This document shows positions 29,740 through 41,092 of a DNA stretch of 64,000 nucleotides, piece after piece. Within the stretch, counting starts at the first letter, position 1, and the number at the start of each line of letters is the position of its first letter. Location: the NCBI GenBank assembly GCA_963785305.1, contig CAWAUV010000008.1, positions 1,120,001-1,184,000 on the forward strand. The letters run 5' to 3'. The position numbers and the translations under genes are program-made. This stretch comes from an uncultured Planctomycetaceae bacterium. Its GTDB lineage: Bacteria; Planctomycetota; Planctomycetia; Pirellulales; PALSA-1355. The notes under the pieces were generated by a model. The model had not been told where the DNA came from and ran no database searches. It saw only the letters and a list, made by a program, of their open reading frames with translations.

Positions 29740-30576
29740 TCAGGCGGTCCGGTCTTCGCGATGGGATTCGGGGTTCGGCGCCGAACCGCGGCGATCGAGG
29801 TCGATGGCCGCTAAATCCGATGCTGTGGCTAAATCGGCTCCTGCCGTGAAATGGTTTAGCGGCGCCTCCGGAGCGGCGCCCGCGATCGTCGTGTGTACGT
29901 CCGCCGTTGGGAGAGTTCTGGCTTGGGCTCGCAAATCCCCGGCGCGAGGAAGGTCGTCTAAATGTCGGAGGCCAAAGTGCTGCAAGAATCGTTTTGTCGT
30001 TCCGTAGAGATAGGGTCGCCCCAGGTCGGTCGATCGGCCTACCATACGCACGAAATCGCGATCCATCAACTGCCGTAAAATCTCGCCGCAATCGACCCCG
30101 CGCACCGCTTCGATATCGGCCCGCGGCGCCGGTTGTCGATAAGCCACCACCGCCAGCGTTTCCAGCGCCGGGGGCGAAAGGCGTGTCTCGACTCCGTGTC
30201 GCCGACTCCGACGCACCCAGTCGCCAAAACGCGCCCGCGTGAGCAGTTGAAATCCGCCGGCGAGCTCTTCGGCGCGAAACGCGGTTCGGTCATCGTCGTA
30301 GCGTCGATTTAATTGTCGAATCAGTGTACGCGCTTCCGTGCCATCGGCCAAGCCGGCAAATTGCGCCAATTTGCGACTCGTGATCGGCTCCCGCGCCAGA
30401 AACAATACCGCCTCCACGCGAGTCAACTTCACGCCGCGGGTTTCGTCGCCGACGATCGACTCGGAACCGCCGCCGCGGGCATCGGAATTCGAGGCCCGCA
30501 ATCGCCAAGCCTGGCGCCAACCTCGCCCGCTCGGCCGCCGCGCCGCGCCCGCCAAGTCCGCCGCGGGGCGAACCAC
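29740..30576 (-). CDS. scpB: SMC-Scp complex subunit ScpB (start uncertain)
   Basis: VEAVLF, GGFQLLTR, LSPPALETLAVVAYRQP, IEAVRGV, GRPYLYGTTKRFLQHFGL. Confidence 0.92.
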   Translation of the reverse strand: MVRPAADLAGAARRPSGRGWRQAWRLRASNSDARGGGSESIVGDETRGVKLTRVEAVLFLAREPITSRKLAQFAGLADGTEARTLIRQLNRRYDDDRTAFRAEELAGGFQLLTRARFGDWVRRSRRHGVETRLSPPALETLAVVAYRQPAPRADIEAVRGVDCGEILRQLMDRDFVRMVGRSTDLGRPYLYGTTKRFLQHFGLRHLDDLPRAGDLRAQARTLPTADVHTTIAGAAPEAPLNHFTAGADLATASDLAAIDLDRRGSAPNPESHREDRTA

Positions 30577-30728
30577 GGGCAAACGCGGCGCCGCGAACAA
30601 TCGCAATCCAAAACGGTCGCTCCGGCGCGGGCTACCGATTCGCGAGCGAGCAAATCCGCCTAGCCGGGCCAATGCTTCGAACACTCCTTCCGCCAGGACG
30701 CCTTTAGGGCCTATTCGAGAACTTCCGC

Positions 30729-30787
30729 GAGCCCTCGCCCTACCTTCTCCCCAACGGGGAGGAGGGGGGAGTTGTCGGACAGGCTCC
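30729..30787. repeat. REP-like hairpin carrying the MITE terminal sequence
   Basis: Similar to 25216-25271; GTTGTCGGACAGGCTC at 30771-30786. Confidence 0.55.
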
Positions 30788-31103
30788 AAATTGGATCGTC
30801 GATTCAGACCTAGAAGTTAAGCGGTAGGCGTTTTGCTGACAAGGGGTTTCGACGCTCCGGCCGAACTGCCATCCCCGTCGTTCGGTATTTATGCGAACGA
30901 CTACTGGAATCCAGCGCGGAATAGCCGGCGGATGCCACTGACGAAAACATCCACCGAATCGCGACAACGGCCTGGCGCGGCGGCGCCTCGTTGATCGTCG
31001 TCTCTTCGGATGACCGCCACGCGGTCAAGCATTATCTCAAACGTTTCCAAATCAATCGGGTTCAAGCTCGTGTGCTCGCCAGCGAGGACCGTGGTTCGTC
31101 GCC

Positions 31104-31136
31104 TAACAGCCTTTTGAAATATTCAACAGGCTGCTA
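31104..31136. repeat. 33 bp palindrome (fused IS-like ends), copy 1
   Basis: TA-ACAGCCTTTTGAA-ATA-TTCAACAGGCTGC-TA. Confidence 0.75.
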
Positions 31137-31310
31137 TCCAGCCTCGACCGAGCAGGTGAATTTTGCCTCGAAGCTTCGGCGAGCGAATGCGTCGACCGCC
31201 TTTGAACCGGGGCCGTGGTCGGGTAAAATGCGCCCCGTTGGCCGATGCGGCTCGCCGCCAACCACGCTTTAATACCTGCCACGAAAATCGCGATGCCGCG
31301 GGGAGACTCG

Positions 31311-33479
31311 ATGACACAAACGGCATTTCACGCGGAGCAGTTCATCAATCGCGAATTGAGTTGGCTCGACTTCAATGCCCGCGTGCTCGAAGAGGCCGAA
31401 GACCCGAGCAATCCGCTGCTCGAGCGGGTCAAGTTCCTGGCGATCTTCAGCTCGAATCTCGATGAGTTCTTCATGGTGCGCGTGGCCGGCCTGCGCGAGC
31501 AAGCTTTTGGCGATGGGGCCCCGCAAGACTATTCGCCCGACGGTCTCCGCGCCACCTCGCAGTTGCAGCGAATCAGTCTCCGCACCAAGGAACTGCTCCA
31601 GGCGCAATATCGCTGCTGGAACGAACAGATCGCGCCGCAATTGGCCGCCCACGGGATCGAACTGCTCGAGCACGATCAGCTCGACGCGGCGCAGCGCTCC
31701 GTGCTCGATCGCTTCTTTCACGAGCGGGCCTTTCCAATTCTCACTCCCATGGCGGTCGACCCCAGCCATCCCACGCCGCACTTCCACAACCGCCAGCTCT
31801 ATCTCGGCGCGCTCTTGCGCCGCGAGACCGGGCTCGGGCCCCGGCAGTTGTTCGCGGTGGTGCAGTTGCCGCAGGTGTTGCCGCGGTTCGTGCCCATCGG
31901 CCAGGGCGACACGCAGCAGTTTATCTTGCTCGAGCAGGCGGTGGCGGCGCGGCTGCCGGAGCTCTTCGGCGGCTTTAGCGTGTTGCACTGGACCACATTT
32001 CGGATCAGTCGCGATAGCGATATCGAAATGCTGGAGCAAGAGTCCGACGACATGCTGCGACTGATCGAAGAACGTCTCAAGACTCGCCAGCGCGGCGAGC
32101 CGGTGCGCATGGAAGCGCCGGTCGGGGCCGACGACTCGATCGTCAAGCGAATCATCGAGGAGGAGTCGCTCCGCGTGCCGCCCGACGGCGCGACCGATGG
32201 CTACAGCGAAGTCTATTGGTTGCCTGGCCCGCTCGACCTCACGGCGCTCATGGAACTGGTCGCCGCGCCTGATCGCGATTATCTCCGCTCGCCGCCGTTC
32301 ACGCCGCAACCGGCGCGCGGGCTGCGCGGGCGGGGCGACGATCTCTTTGCCGCGATCGCCCGCCGCGACATTTTGCTGCATCATCCCTACGATTCCTTCG
32401 ACCCGGTGGTCGAGTTCGTGGCCAATGCCGCGAAAGACCCGAAGGTGCTGGCGATCAAGCAGACGCTCTATCGCACCGGCCGCGACTCGCCGATTGTGCG
32501 CGCGCTGATTCAAGCGGCCGAAAGCGGCAAACACGTGACCGCGCTGGTCGAGCTCAAGGCCCGCTTCGACGAAGCGCGCAATGTGAGTTGGGCGCGGCAA
32601 ATGGAGCGCTCCGGCGTGCATGTGGTGTTTGGCTTTCTCGATCTCAAGACGCATTGCAAGGTGTCGCTCGTCGTGCGGCAAGAGGGCAATGTGCTGCGGC
32701 GATATGTCCACTTGGGAACCGGCAACTACAACTCGGCCACGGCGCTGCTTTACACCGACTTCGGCCTGTTCACCGCCAACGAGGACTATGCCGAAGACGC
32801 CTCGGCGCTGTTCAACCTCTTGACCGGCTATTCGCAAGGGCACCACTGGCGAAAACTGGTCGTGGCGCCCGAACATTTGCAAAGCACCACGCTCGACCTG
32901 ATCAACGAGCAAGCCGAACGAGCCAAGGCCGGGCAGCCGGCGTATATCTTCGCCAAGCTCAATGCGCTGGTGGACTATCAAGTGATCGAGTCGCTCTATC
33001 ACGCCAGCCAAGCCGGAGTGCCGATCGATCTTTTGGTGCGCGGCATTTGCGGTTTGCGGCCGGGATTGCCGGGCATTTCGGAAACGATTCGCGTGCGAAG
33101 CGTGGTCGATCGGTTTTTGGAACACAGCCGGCTGCAAGTATTCGGGCCGCCGGAAGATTGCCGCGTGTATATGTCGAGCGCCGATTGGATGCCGCGAAAC
33201 TTCCATCGCCGGGTCGAAGTGATGTGCCCGATCGAGCAGCCCGATCTCAAGCAACGCATTTTGCGGGAAGTGATTCCGATCTACCTGCGCGACAACATGC
33301 GGGCGCGCATTCTCACCAGCGACGGAACCTATGTGCGCGTTCCCCGGGCCGAGGGCGAGCCCGCGCATCGCTGCCAGGAAGAGTTCCTGGCCTTGCGCCC
33401 CGTGTTCACGGTGGCCAACGATCGCCTCACGACCGCGAACTCGAACGATGGGGTGGCGCTGATCAAGCCCGCGCTCTAA
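31311..33479 (+). CDS. ppk1: Polyphosphate kinase 1
   Basis: INRELSWLDFNARVL, NLDEFFMVRVAG, LHHPYDSF, IKQTLYR, ELKARFDE, KTHCK, RFLEHSR, SSADWMPRN. Confidence 0.97.
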   Translation: MTQTAFHAEQFINRELSWLDFNARVLEEAEDPSNPLLERVKFLAIFSSNLDEFFMVRVAGLREQAFGDGAPQDYSPDGLRATSQLQRISLRTKELLQAQYRCWNEQIAPQLAAHGIELLEHDQLDAAQRSVLDRFFHERAFPILTPMAVDPSHPTPHFHNRQLYLGALLRRETGLGPRQLFAVVQLPQVLPRFVPIGQGDTQQFILLEQAVAARLPELFGGFSVLHWTTFRISRDSDIEMLEQESDDMLRLIEERLKTRQRGEPVRMEAPVGADDSIVKRIIEEESLRVPPDGATDGYSEVYWLPGPLDLTALMELVAAPDRDYLRSPPFTPQPARGLRGRGDDLFAAIARRDILLHHPYDSFDPVVEFVANAAKDPKVLAIKQTLYRTGRDSPIVRALIQAAESGKHVTALVELKARFDEARNVSWARQMERSGVHVVFGFLDLKTHCKVSLVVRQEGNVLRRYVHLGTGNYNSATALLYTDFGLFTANEDYAEDASALFNLLTGYSQGHHWRKLVVAPEHLQSTTLDLINEQAERAKAGQPAYIFAKLNALVDYQVIESLYHASQAGVPIDLLVRGICGLRPGLPGISETIRVRSVVDRFLEHSRLQVFGPPEDCRVYMSSADWMPRNFHRRVEVMCPIEQPDLKQRILREVIPIYLRDNMRARILTSDGTYVRVPRAEGEPAHRCQEEFLALRPVFTVANDRLTTANSNDGVALIKPAL

Positions 33480-33500
33480 CGAAACCGGTGGACCATCTCC

Positions 33501-33977
33501 ATGCAACCGTCCGTGGAAATCGCGTTCGATTGTTTGCCGCTTCGCTCGGTGGGCCGCCTCGATGCGCCGCTCGACGCCTCGCCCAAGCACCGCGCCCACT
33601 GCGAGCGGGTGCAGGCGGCTGTTCAACGCCACGGGCGCCACAATTCGTATTATCTCTACAACGCCCATTGCCGTTTTCAGCTTACGAGCGACCCCAAGAT
33701 CGGCATGCTCGACTTCACCTATACGGGCGTGGTGCTGACCGACTCCAGCGATCAGCGGGCAGGGACCTGCGATCTCGAGATCGAACTGGCCCGCGAAACG
33801 TGTGATTGGCTGAATGACCCGGCGGTGGAGTTTTTCAAGGATACGGTGCGTCGGGCGGTGCTGCTCGAATTCGACCGTTATATCCAAGCCGGCGACTTGG
33901 CCCTCACCTTGCGGCGGCTGGCGCGGCTGCAATCCGAAAGCGACGAAGCAGGCGGCTACATGGGCATGTTTCTGTAA
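33501..33977 (+). CDS. Conserved hypothetical protein
   Basis: 158 aa ORF directly after ppk1 with host-like codon usage. Confidence 0.75.
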   Translation: MQPSVEIAFDCLPLRSVGRLDAPLDASPKHRAHCERVQAAVQRHGRHNSYYLYNAHCRFQLTSDPKIGMLDFTYTGVVLTDSSDQRAGTCDLEIELARETCDWLNDPAVEFFKDTVRRAVLLEFDRYIQAGDLALTLRRLARLQSESDEAGGYMGMFL

Positions 33978-33998
33978 GCCCTCCGCGGCGGTAGGCGT

Positions 33999-34029
33999 TA
34001 GCAGCCTTTTGAAATATTCAACTGGCTGC
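33999..34029. repeat. Palindrome (fused IS-like ends), copy 2
   Basis: TA-GCAGCCTTTTGAA-ATA-TTCAACTGGCTGC, near identical to 31104-31136. Confidence 0.75.
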
Positions 34030-34054
34030 CGGTCGGCCACGGAGTCGTGCTTCT

Positions 34055-35704
34055 TCAAAAGCCCAGGTCTTCGCCTTCGTGGGTCACGAGGCCGATTTGT
34101 TCCTTGGAGCCGTGGCGGCCGTTGTACCACAAGAGCCATTTTCGGCCGTCGAAGATCGCGTAGGGCTTGTACACCGCGTCGTGGTCCCAGGCGTTTGGAT
34201 CGGGATGAATGATCGGATTGGCCGGGTGGCGCTTCCAGCCGCTGACGCCGTCGGCGGATTTCGCGAGGCCGATCTGGGCATGGTCGCGATCGCGGAATCC
34301 AATGTAAAACATGAGATAACCATCGCCCTGGCAAAGCACTTGGCAGGCCGTCACGCGCTCCCGCTCCCAAGCAAGGCTCGGGTCGGGCCGAAAGATCGGA
34401 TTGTCGCGATGCTTGGTCCACGCGAGTCCGTCGGGACTGGTCGCATAGCCGATCGCGTTGGGCTCATATTGTTCACCGCCCGAATACCACATGCGATAGA
34501 GTTTGGCCTCGGCGTCGTGGATGACATGGGGACACATGACGGCCACGTTTTCCCAAGGCGCTTCGGCCGACAGCACCGGCTGTCTGCTCGCGCGGCGCCA
34601 GGTTTTGCCGTCGTCGCTCGTGGCAAGGCCGATCCATGACTTGCCGCGCGCTTGGCCGGTGTACCACATCTGGTAGCCGCCGCCCGGCGGGGCGTCGTTC
34701 CCCGGGGCGCCATTGCCCTGGACGTCGACCCGTTTGATAACGATCGGGCGATTGATGTCGCTCTCCCATTCGGTCTCGGGATTCGGCCCGAGCACGATCG
34801 TGGGCTTCGACCATGTAACGCCATCGTTGCTTTCGACCAGGGCGATGCTTTTCTTGGGCCGCCAAGAAAACCACATGCGGTAGATATCGCCTTCCTTGAG
34901 CACCGAGATGTCGAAGCATGTGCCCAATTCGCCGCCGAGCACCGGATTGTGGGCATACTTCACCCAGCCGGCCACGTTGTCGCCGGCGCCGCTGGCGCTG
35001 CCCGCCGCGAGTTCTCCCTGAATCGAGTCGCCGGCGAGTTTGGCGAGCAGCTCGTAGGCCGGGGCGGTCCAGTGAAATTGGTCGCCGCGCGCGAGATCGA
35101 GTTTGTCGACGAGCGAGCCGTAAAAATCGTTGATCGGCACTTGCAATTCGCGCATCACCTTGGCCGCCAGGCGATTGTGCTCCACGATGATTGGGTTGAT
35201 CGTCGGGTCGAGCTCCGTGGGCTTGCCCTTGACGGTCACCGGAGTGCTTGCGGCCCAAATGATCTTGGCCTTGGGCAGCTTCCGCCGAATCACCTCGACA
35301 TAGGCTTGGGTGAGCGGCTCAAACGCCTCGGGCTTGATCCTGCCGGGCTGCCAGCCATGGAGGCCCATGTTGAAATGCACGACATCATAGGGGCCTTGGT
35401 CGAGCACTTCGCCGAGCAGTTTGTTCAAGTGTTCGGACTGACAATGGGGATTTACCCAAGCGTCGACATAGGCTTTGCCCTCGAGCGATCGCGAGACCTG
35501 CTTCAAGTAGCCGTTCAAGATCGAGTCGCCGATGAGCAGCACGCGCGGCCGGGCCGGGTCGGCAATCGCCGCTTTATCAAGCCGCCAACCGTTTCCATCG
35601 GCATGCAGCCTCGCGTCGGTCTCGGCCGGCGGCGGCTGTGTGTCGGCGGCGAAAGCCACCACCGGCATCAAGAAGGGCACGGCGAGCGCAATCAACTTGA
35701 ACAT
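34055..35704 (-). CDS. Secreted SGNH/GDSL esterase fused to a five-bladed beta-propeller glycoside hydrolase-like domain
   Basis: Signal peptide; LIGDSI, FNMGLH, DQFH; repeated YxMWY-G / IGLAxSxDG-xW / NPI blades. Confidence 0.8.
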   Translation of the reverse strand: MFKLIALAVPFLMPVVAFAADTQPPPAETDARLHADGNGWRLDKAAIADPARPRVLLIGDSILNGYLKQVSRSLEGKAYVDAWVNPHCQSEHLNKLLGEVLDQGPYDVVHFNMGLHGWQPGRIKPEAFEPLTQAYVEVIRRKLPKAKIIWAASTPVTVKGKPTELDPTINPIIVEHNRLAAKVMRELQVPINDFYGSLVDKLDLARGDQFHWTAPAYELLAKLAGDSIQGELAAGSASGAGDNVAGWVKYAHNPVLGGELGTCFDISVLKEGDIYRMWFSWRPKKSIALVESNDGVTWSKPTIVLGPNPETEWESDINRPIVIKRVDVQGNGAPGNDAPPGGGYQMWYTGQARGKSWIGLATSDDGKTWRRASRQPVLSAEAPWENVAVMCPHVIHDAEAKLYRMWYSGGEQYEPNAIGYATSPDGLAWTKHRDNPIFRPDPSLAWERERVTACQVLCQGDGYLMFYIGFRDRDHAQIGLAKSADGVSGWKRHPANPIIHPDPNAWDHDAVYKPYAIFDGRKWLLWYNGRHGSKEQIGLVTHEGEDLGF

Positions 35705-36044
35705 CGTGGAGGAGGTCCTTTCAGTCCGCGGCGTGGGCAATATCGTCGGCTCGGCGCGAAATTGTGAGGCCGACGGAAACTTTCCCGGCTGGGGTGTTAA
35801 TTGCAACAAGGCGACCAATTTGCCGCGAGTCGTGCATTTTCAAGCGATTTGCCGATCCGCGACGAAAAGGCTTTTTGGGGCGCTCTTGCAGGATAATCCG
35901 TCGCGGCACGCGCCGCACGCAAAATCGGCTCCGCGGCGACGACGAATTGCTCCTCCGCGCACTAGAGCTACCCGCGGCGCGGCTGGCGAACCGGCGAACA
36001 CGGACTCGTTCGTTGAATTTCTCCAAGGAGAGGGGATTTCAGAA

Positions 36045-37368
36045 ATGAATGCGGGAAAGCGTGTTGTTATTGCTTTCATCGCGCTGGCGACTTCCGGCGC
36101 TGCGCTGCTCTTCCACGCGGCGGCTGCGGAACCGCAAGGCGCCCCCTCGGCAGCCCTCGCGCCGGGGCGCCGGCCTTGGCGCCCGACGACGAACCGGTCT
36201 CGCTGGCTTCGGCGTGGCAGTCGGCCGGATTGCCGCCAGTGGCAAGTGATTCGCTCGAAGCCGAATTGAGCGGCCTGCGCGACGACAATCGGCGCCTGCA
36301 AGATCGCATCGCGGCGTTCGAAGCCGATCAAGCCTCGGCCGCGCCGAGCGCTCCGTCGCCGTTTCGCGATGCCAGTTATCGGTCGCTCGCCGCGCAGCCG
36401 CCGGCTGTCGCGCAGGGCGTGATCTCGCCCAATTACTGGGCCGCCGGACCCTCGGGCTCATGGATCGGCGGCGCGAGCGTCTATGTCTTGGCGCCACGCT
36501 GGAGCGGCGGCAACACCGCCTATTACACCTCGACGCCCGCTTCTCCGGCCTTCGCGAATTCATACGCGATCACCCAATTTCGCACACCCACGCAAGCAGC
36601 CCCCGCTTGCTGGTTCGGCTATGTGCATGCCTCGGGCTACGGCGCCCGCGTGAATTTCTTCTACTACAACCAGTACTGGAACACGACCGGCACGTCGAGC
36701 GCCACGACCGACATCACCGACGCAACCGCCGCGCTCTCGACGACCTATGGCGCCTCGGGCACGACGACGCCGTTCAAAATCGGAAGCTCCTTGATGATCA
36801 ACGCCTGGGACTTCGAAGGCACGCGGACGGCGGGTAATGATGTTTGGACCTACACCACCGGCGCCGGCGTGCGCTACCTCTACATGAACCAAGCCTACAC
36901 CGCCCAGTCGACGGTCGGCGGTTTAAGCATGGTGAACGCGCGGAACATGTTCAATGGCGTCGGTCCCACGCTCTCGGCCACCGGCCGGCGGCGACTTGGC
37001 CGTCGGGCCTCGGCTTCTATGGCAGCGGTCGCGGCGCGGTTCTGTTCGGCAGCCACTTGCAGAACATGACGACCAATTTCGGCCCCAATGTCTCCGAAGG
37101 TTTCATTCAGGCCAACTCGGCGTCGCAGTCGTGGGGCGTAATGCCGTATGCGCAGCTCGAGTTCGGCCTCGATTTTCGCCGCCCGGTGCTGGGCGGCCGT
37201 TCGCTGCTCGTGGTGGAAAACGGCTTCGTGGCCATGGCGTTCCTCAACGCCGGCACGCCGAGCAACACAACGACGATGCTCCAGCCGCTCGAACAATCCA
37301 ATTCGCCCTTGAGCAGCGCCACGTTGGGCCTCGTCGGCCTGCGCTCGTCAATCGGGTTCGTTTATTGA
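36045..37368 (+). CDS. Outer-membrane beta-barrel protein, BBP7/Lpg1974-like (frameshifts)
   Basis: Signal peptide, coiled coil, GVRYL..., FNGVGPT, alternating beta-strands, terminal aromatic (IGFVY). Confidence 0.65.
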
Positions 37369-37494
37369 TTGCTACCCAGCGCGCACCGCGGCGGCGCATC
37401 ACACAAGCCTGAAGCGCAAGCGAAGCAATGTCGCGGCGCGCAACGATGCAAGTTCGATGGCGCGTCCGCGCCGGGCGCTTCCTTCGCTGGCGAT

Positions 37495-38680
37495 TCAGGC
37501 TTCCGAGTCGCTCGCTTGCCAGCCGGCTTGCCGTTCGTGTTGGAATTCCGCGAAGCGGCCGGCTTCGATCGCCTCGCGCAGCGCCGCATGAGACGCTGGT
37601 AATAGGTGATGTTGTGCGCCGAGAGCAGCACCGGCCCGAGCATCTCGTCGACCATGAACAGATGCCTCAGATAGGCCCGACTATGGCGGCAAGCCGGGCA
37701 GGGGCAATCACGCTCCAACGGCGCCGAGTCGCGCTCGTAGCGTCGGTTTCTAAGTCGCACCGGTCCCGCGTCGGTAAAGGCCATCGCGTTGCGGCCGTTG
37801 CGCGTGGGGAGCACGCAATCGAAGAGGTCGACCCCTCGGGCCACGCCCGCCAGCAGGTCCTCGGGCCGACCGACGCCCATCAGATAGCGAGGCCGCGCGG
37901 CGGGCAAAGCCGGCGTCACCACATCGAGCATCTGGACCATTTCCTCGTGGGTCTCGCCGACGCTGAGCCCGCCGATGGCGTAGCCGGGAAAATCGAGCTT
38001 GGCCAAGGCTTCGGCCGACTCCTGGCGAAGCCGGGCGTCGAGGCCGCCTTGCACGATGGCGAAGAGCGATTGATCGGCCCGGCGGTGGCTGCGCCGGCAG
38101 CGCTCGGCCCAGCGCACGGAGCGCCACATCGCGTCGCGCACCGTGTCGAGCGTGTTGGGCAGGGCCACCACATGGTCGAGCACCATGGCGATATCGCTAC
38201 CGAGCGATTCTTGGATCGCGACCGCGCGCTCGGGGGTCAGGTCAAATGCGGCGCCATCGAGATGCGATTGGAAACAAGCGCCGGCCTCGGTCACGCGGGC
38301 CTTCTTCGCGAGACTGAAAATCTGGAATCCGCCGCTATCGGTGAGGATTGGCCCTTGCCAGCCGCAAAAGGCATGCAGCCCACCCATGTGCTCGATCAAC
38401 TCGGGGCCCGGGCGCAGGGCGAGGTGGTAGGTGTTGGCCAGAATCATTTGGCGCCGGTGGCGCGGAGCATGGCGAGGGCCAGCCCCTTGACCGTGGCCTG
38501 GGTGCCGACCGGCATGAAGGCGGGCGATTCCACGACGCCGCCGCCGGGCGATTCGGCATGGCGTGGAAAGGTCAACCGCCCGCGGCGGGCGAGCGTGTGC
38601 TTGTCGACGCCGAGCAGCGAAAATTGCATCGGCGCCAGACGCGCGGAGGAAGTCGCCGGCGCTTGCGCGGAATCGACCAC
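37495..38680 (-). CDS. tgt: tRNA-guanine transglycosylase (frameshifts near 38450 and 37585)
   Basis: [54 protein letters not shown], CxCxxC. Confidence 0.96.
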
Positions 38681-38703
38681 GGCAGTTTTGTCCCCGGCGG
38701 GTC

Positions 38704-40026
38704 TCAGTCGCCGCGCAGTTTGATGCCGTGCTGGGTCAATTTTTCACGCACTTCATTGAGGCTGGTCACGCCGAAGTTCTTGCACTCGAGCAGATCGTCG
38801 CCAGTGCGCCGCACCAACTCGCCGATCGTGTTCAGCCCCAGCCGAATCATGCACTTGCGCGCCCGCACCGAGAGGTTGAGGTCGGCGATCGGGCGATCGA
38901 GCAGCGCTTGCTCGTCGGGCGACATGAACTGCTGCTCCACGACGGGCTCGGGCTCCACCTTTTCGGTGGCCAATTGACCGAGGCTGAGTCCCTTGGAAGA
39001 GAGCATCTCGCGGATCTCGACCAGCGAGGTCTCACCGAAATTCTTGCTTGCCAGCAGGTCTTGCTCGGTGCAGCGGGCCAAGTCGCCCAGGGTTTTGATG
39101 CCCATCTTTTGCAAGCAGTTGCGACTGCGCACCGAGAGCTCGAAATCGCTCACCGGCACATTGAGCACCTGGCTGATGCGGTCGCGGCGCTTTTGCGCGT
39201 CTTCGTCGTAGAACATGTCGCCCGAGGCGGCGGCGTCCTTAAGAAACAGCCGGGCTCGGGCATGCGTCGGATCCGAGTCGAGAATGCGCTGGTAGCAAAG
39301 CTGAGCGCGGTCGTATTGCTGGCGGTCTTCGTAGAGCACGCCGAGATTCAAGAGGTTGCCCACGCTCGGCGGAAACTGGGCGACGGAGCGTTCGTAGAGA
39401 TCGAGCGCCACATCGTCGTTGCCATGGCGATCGTTTTCCAGGGCGAGGCCAAACAGAGCGCCCGAATGGTTCGGGTCGGCCTCGACCGCGCGCTCGAAGA
39501 GCGCGGCGACTTCTCGCGGGTTGCCGCCAATGGCAGCCACCGTGGACCCACGCTGATAGAGATATTCGGCCGATTGCTCGACCGCGCCGCTGAGGGAATC
39601 GAGCGTGGCCAGGGCGGCGCGCGAGTTCCCCGATTGACGCTGGGCCTCGGCCTTGGCCAAGGCGCAGTCGTCGGCGTTGTAGCCAGCCTTCACCGCCGAG
39701 GCGTAGTGCGCGAGCGCGGTGTCGAACTGCTTGAGGGCCACATTGGCTTTGCCCAGGGTGAAATGCGCCAGCGCCCCGCCATCGCCGCTTTTGAGCGTGG
39801 TGATGGCGAGTTGGTAGCGCCCGAGCAAGTAGTAGCACACGCCGAGCCGCACCGAGGCGGCCGGGCTGCGATCATCGCGAGACTCGAGCTCTTGCACCGC
39901 GTCGCGCAAGGTGCGGAAGGGAACGATATCCTCGGCGATGGCGTGCTGCAATTGGCGGATTTCTTGCGGGCCAAACGCCCCGTCGGCCAGCACCATCTGT
40001 TTGACATCAAGCTCAAGCGTCGGCAT
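38704..40026 (-). CDS. TPR-repeat protein with two RNA polymerase alpha C-terminal domains
   Basis: TPR helices followed by two 'LSVR(S/A)R(N/K)C...I.T(L/I)G(D/E)L....KNFGxTSLxE' alpha-CTD copies. Confidence 0.9.
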   Translation of the reverse strand: MPTLELDVKQMVLADGAFGPQEIRQLQHAIAEDIVPFRTLRDAVQELESRDDRSPAASVRLGVCYYLLGRYQLAITTLKSGDGGALAHFTLGKANVALKQFDTALAHYASAVKAGYNADDCALAKAEAQRQSGNSRAALATLDSLSGAVEQSAEYLYQRGSTVAAIGGNPREVAALFERAVEADPNHSGALFGLALENDRHGNDDVALDLYERSVAQFPPSVGNLLNLGVLYEDRQQYDRAQLCYQRILDSDPTHARARLFLKDAAASGDMFYDEDAQKRRDRISQVLNVPVSDFELSVRSRNCLQKMGIKTLGDLARCTEQDLLASKNFGETSLVEIREMLSSKGLSLGQLATEKVEPEPVVEQQFMSPDEQALLDRPIADLNLSVRARKCMIRLGLNTIGELVRRTGDDLLECKNFGVTSLNEVREKLTQHGIKLRGD

Positions 40027-40189
40027 GGGACAAAACTCTCCGGATAGCTTTCGATTTTGATCGAGGGATTTTTCTCGAATCGTGCAATTTAGCCGATTTT
40101 GGCCTGGGGACAAGCCGGGGTGGCGGCATTTCCTCGTTGAAACACCGATTGTCGCCCGCATTGCAATACGCGGCAATACGCAATCGCGA

Positions 40190-41092
40190 CTAGAAATTGC
40201 ACCACACCACCTCGGTCATTCGCTGTTTTTCCGTCCCGCTCGCGGCATTGTTCGGAAGATCGAACTCGTGAACTGCCCAGCCTTTAAGCAATTCCGCATA
40301 CAGCGGCGACGGGTACCCGCTCAGCATCACCTTGCCCTGGCACTGCTTGAGGGTTTCGAGCAACTCGACATGGTCGGCTTCCTGCATCTCGTGGGCGTAG
40401 GCGTCGAGCGACTTGCGAGTTTCGTGCAGATAGGGCGGGTCGCAGTAGAACAGCGTCGTCGGCGTGTCCTCGCGGCGAATTAGCTTCACCGCCGGCATGT
40501 TCTCGATCAGCACTCGCTGGAGCCGGTTATGAATCTCGGGCAGACCCTCGACCGTGCCCAGCCACTCCGACACATTGCCGTTCATGCCGCGACGGGTTCG
40601 ATTGCGAGTCACGGCCGTGAAGCTGGTCATGAGGCCGGAACGGCTTTGGCGGCAGTCGACGAAGAACGCCACGGCGTCGGCCACCGGGTCTTGGCCATAT
40701 TCATGTTCGTGCGCCGCGGTCCAGGCGTCGCGAGCCACGGGAATCGCTTGCATTTGGCGCGAGAATTCCCTGAACCGCTCGGGGCTTTGCAGTACGCGCC
40801 AAAAGTTGATGAGCCGGCCATTGATATCGTTGGCCACCTCGCTCACGCCGTTTTTCGGGCTATTTTTACTAAGCCAAAAACGCGGATCGCCGGGATCGCG
40901 CGTGAGCAACACCGCGCCGCCGCCGAAAAACGGCTCGACATAATGCAAATGGGGCGGCATCAGCCCAAGAATGCGCCGCGCGAGATAATACTTGCCCCCA
41001 TGCCACTTCAAAGGAATGCCCATGATGCTCGTTTGTTTCTCTCGCGGGGTATTGCCTGGCGGGGTCTCCCTCGAGCGACTATTCGTTGACAT
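40190..41092 (-). CDS. DNA adenine methyltransferase (Dam/D12 class), orphan
   Basis: KWHGGK, YVEPFFGGG, NDIN, FYCDPPY, TEVVWCNF. Confidence 0.92.
   Translation of the reverse strand: MSTNSRSRETPPGNTPREKQTSIMGIPLKWHGGKYYLARRILGLMPPHLHYVEPFFGGGAVLLTRDPGDPRFWLSKNSPKNGVSEVANDINGRLINFWRVLQSPERFREFSRQMQAIPVARDAWTAAHEHEYGQDPVADAVAFFVDCRQSRSGLMTSFTAVTRNRTRRGMNGNVSEWLGTVEGLPEIHNRLQRVLIENMPAVKLIRREDTPTTLFYCDPPYLHETRKSLDAYAHEMQEADHVELLETLKQCQGKVMLSGYPSPLYAELLKGWAVHEFDLPNNAASGTEKQRMTEVVWCNF

Noticed and set aside
29166..29849. Poly-Ser ORF on the plus strand
   Set aside because: Antisense reading of the Asp/Glu codon run of the minus-strand acidic protein.
31269..34421. 1050 aa minus-strand ORF and other long antisense ORFs (54370-57732, 38563-40047, 22247-23719, 40992-42434)
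   Set aside because: Shadow ORFs opposite well-supported genes, expected in high-GC DNA.
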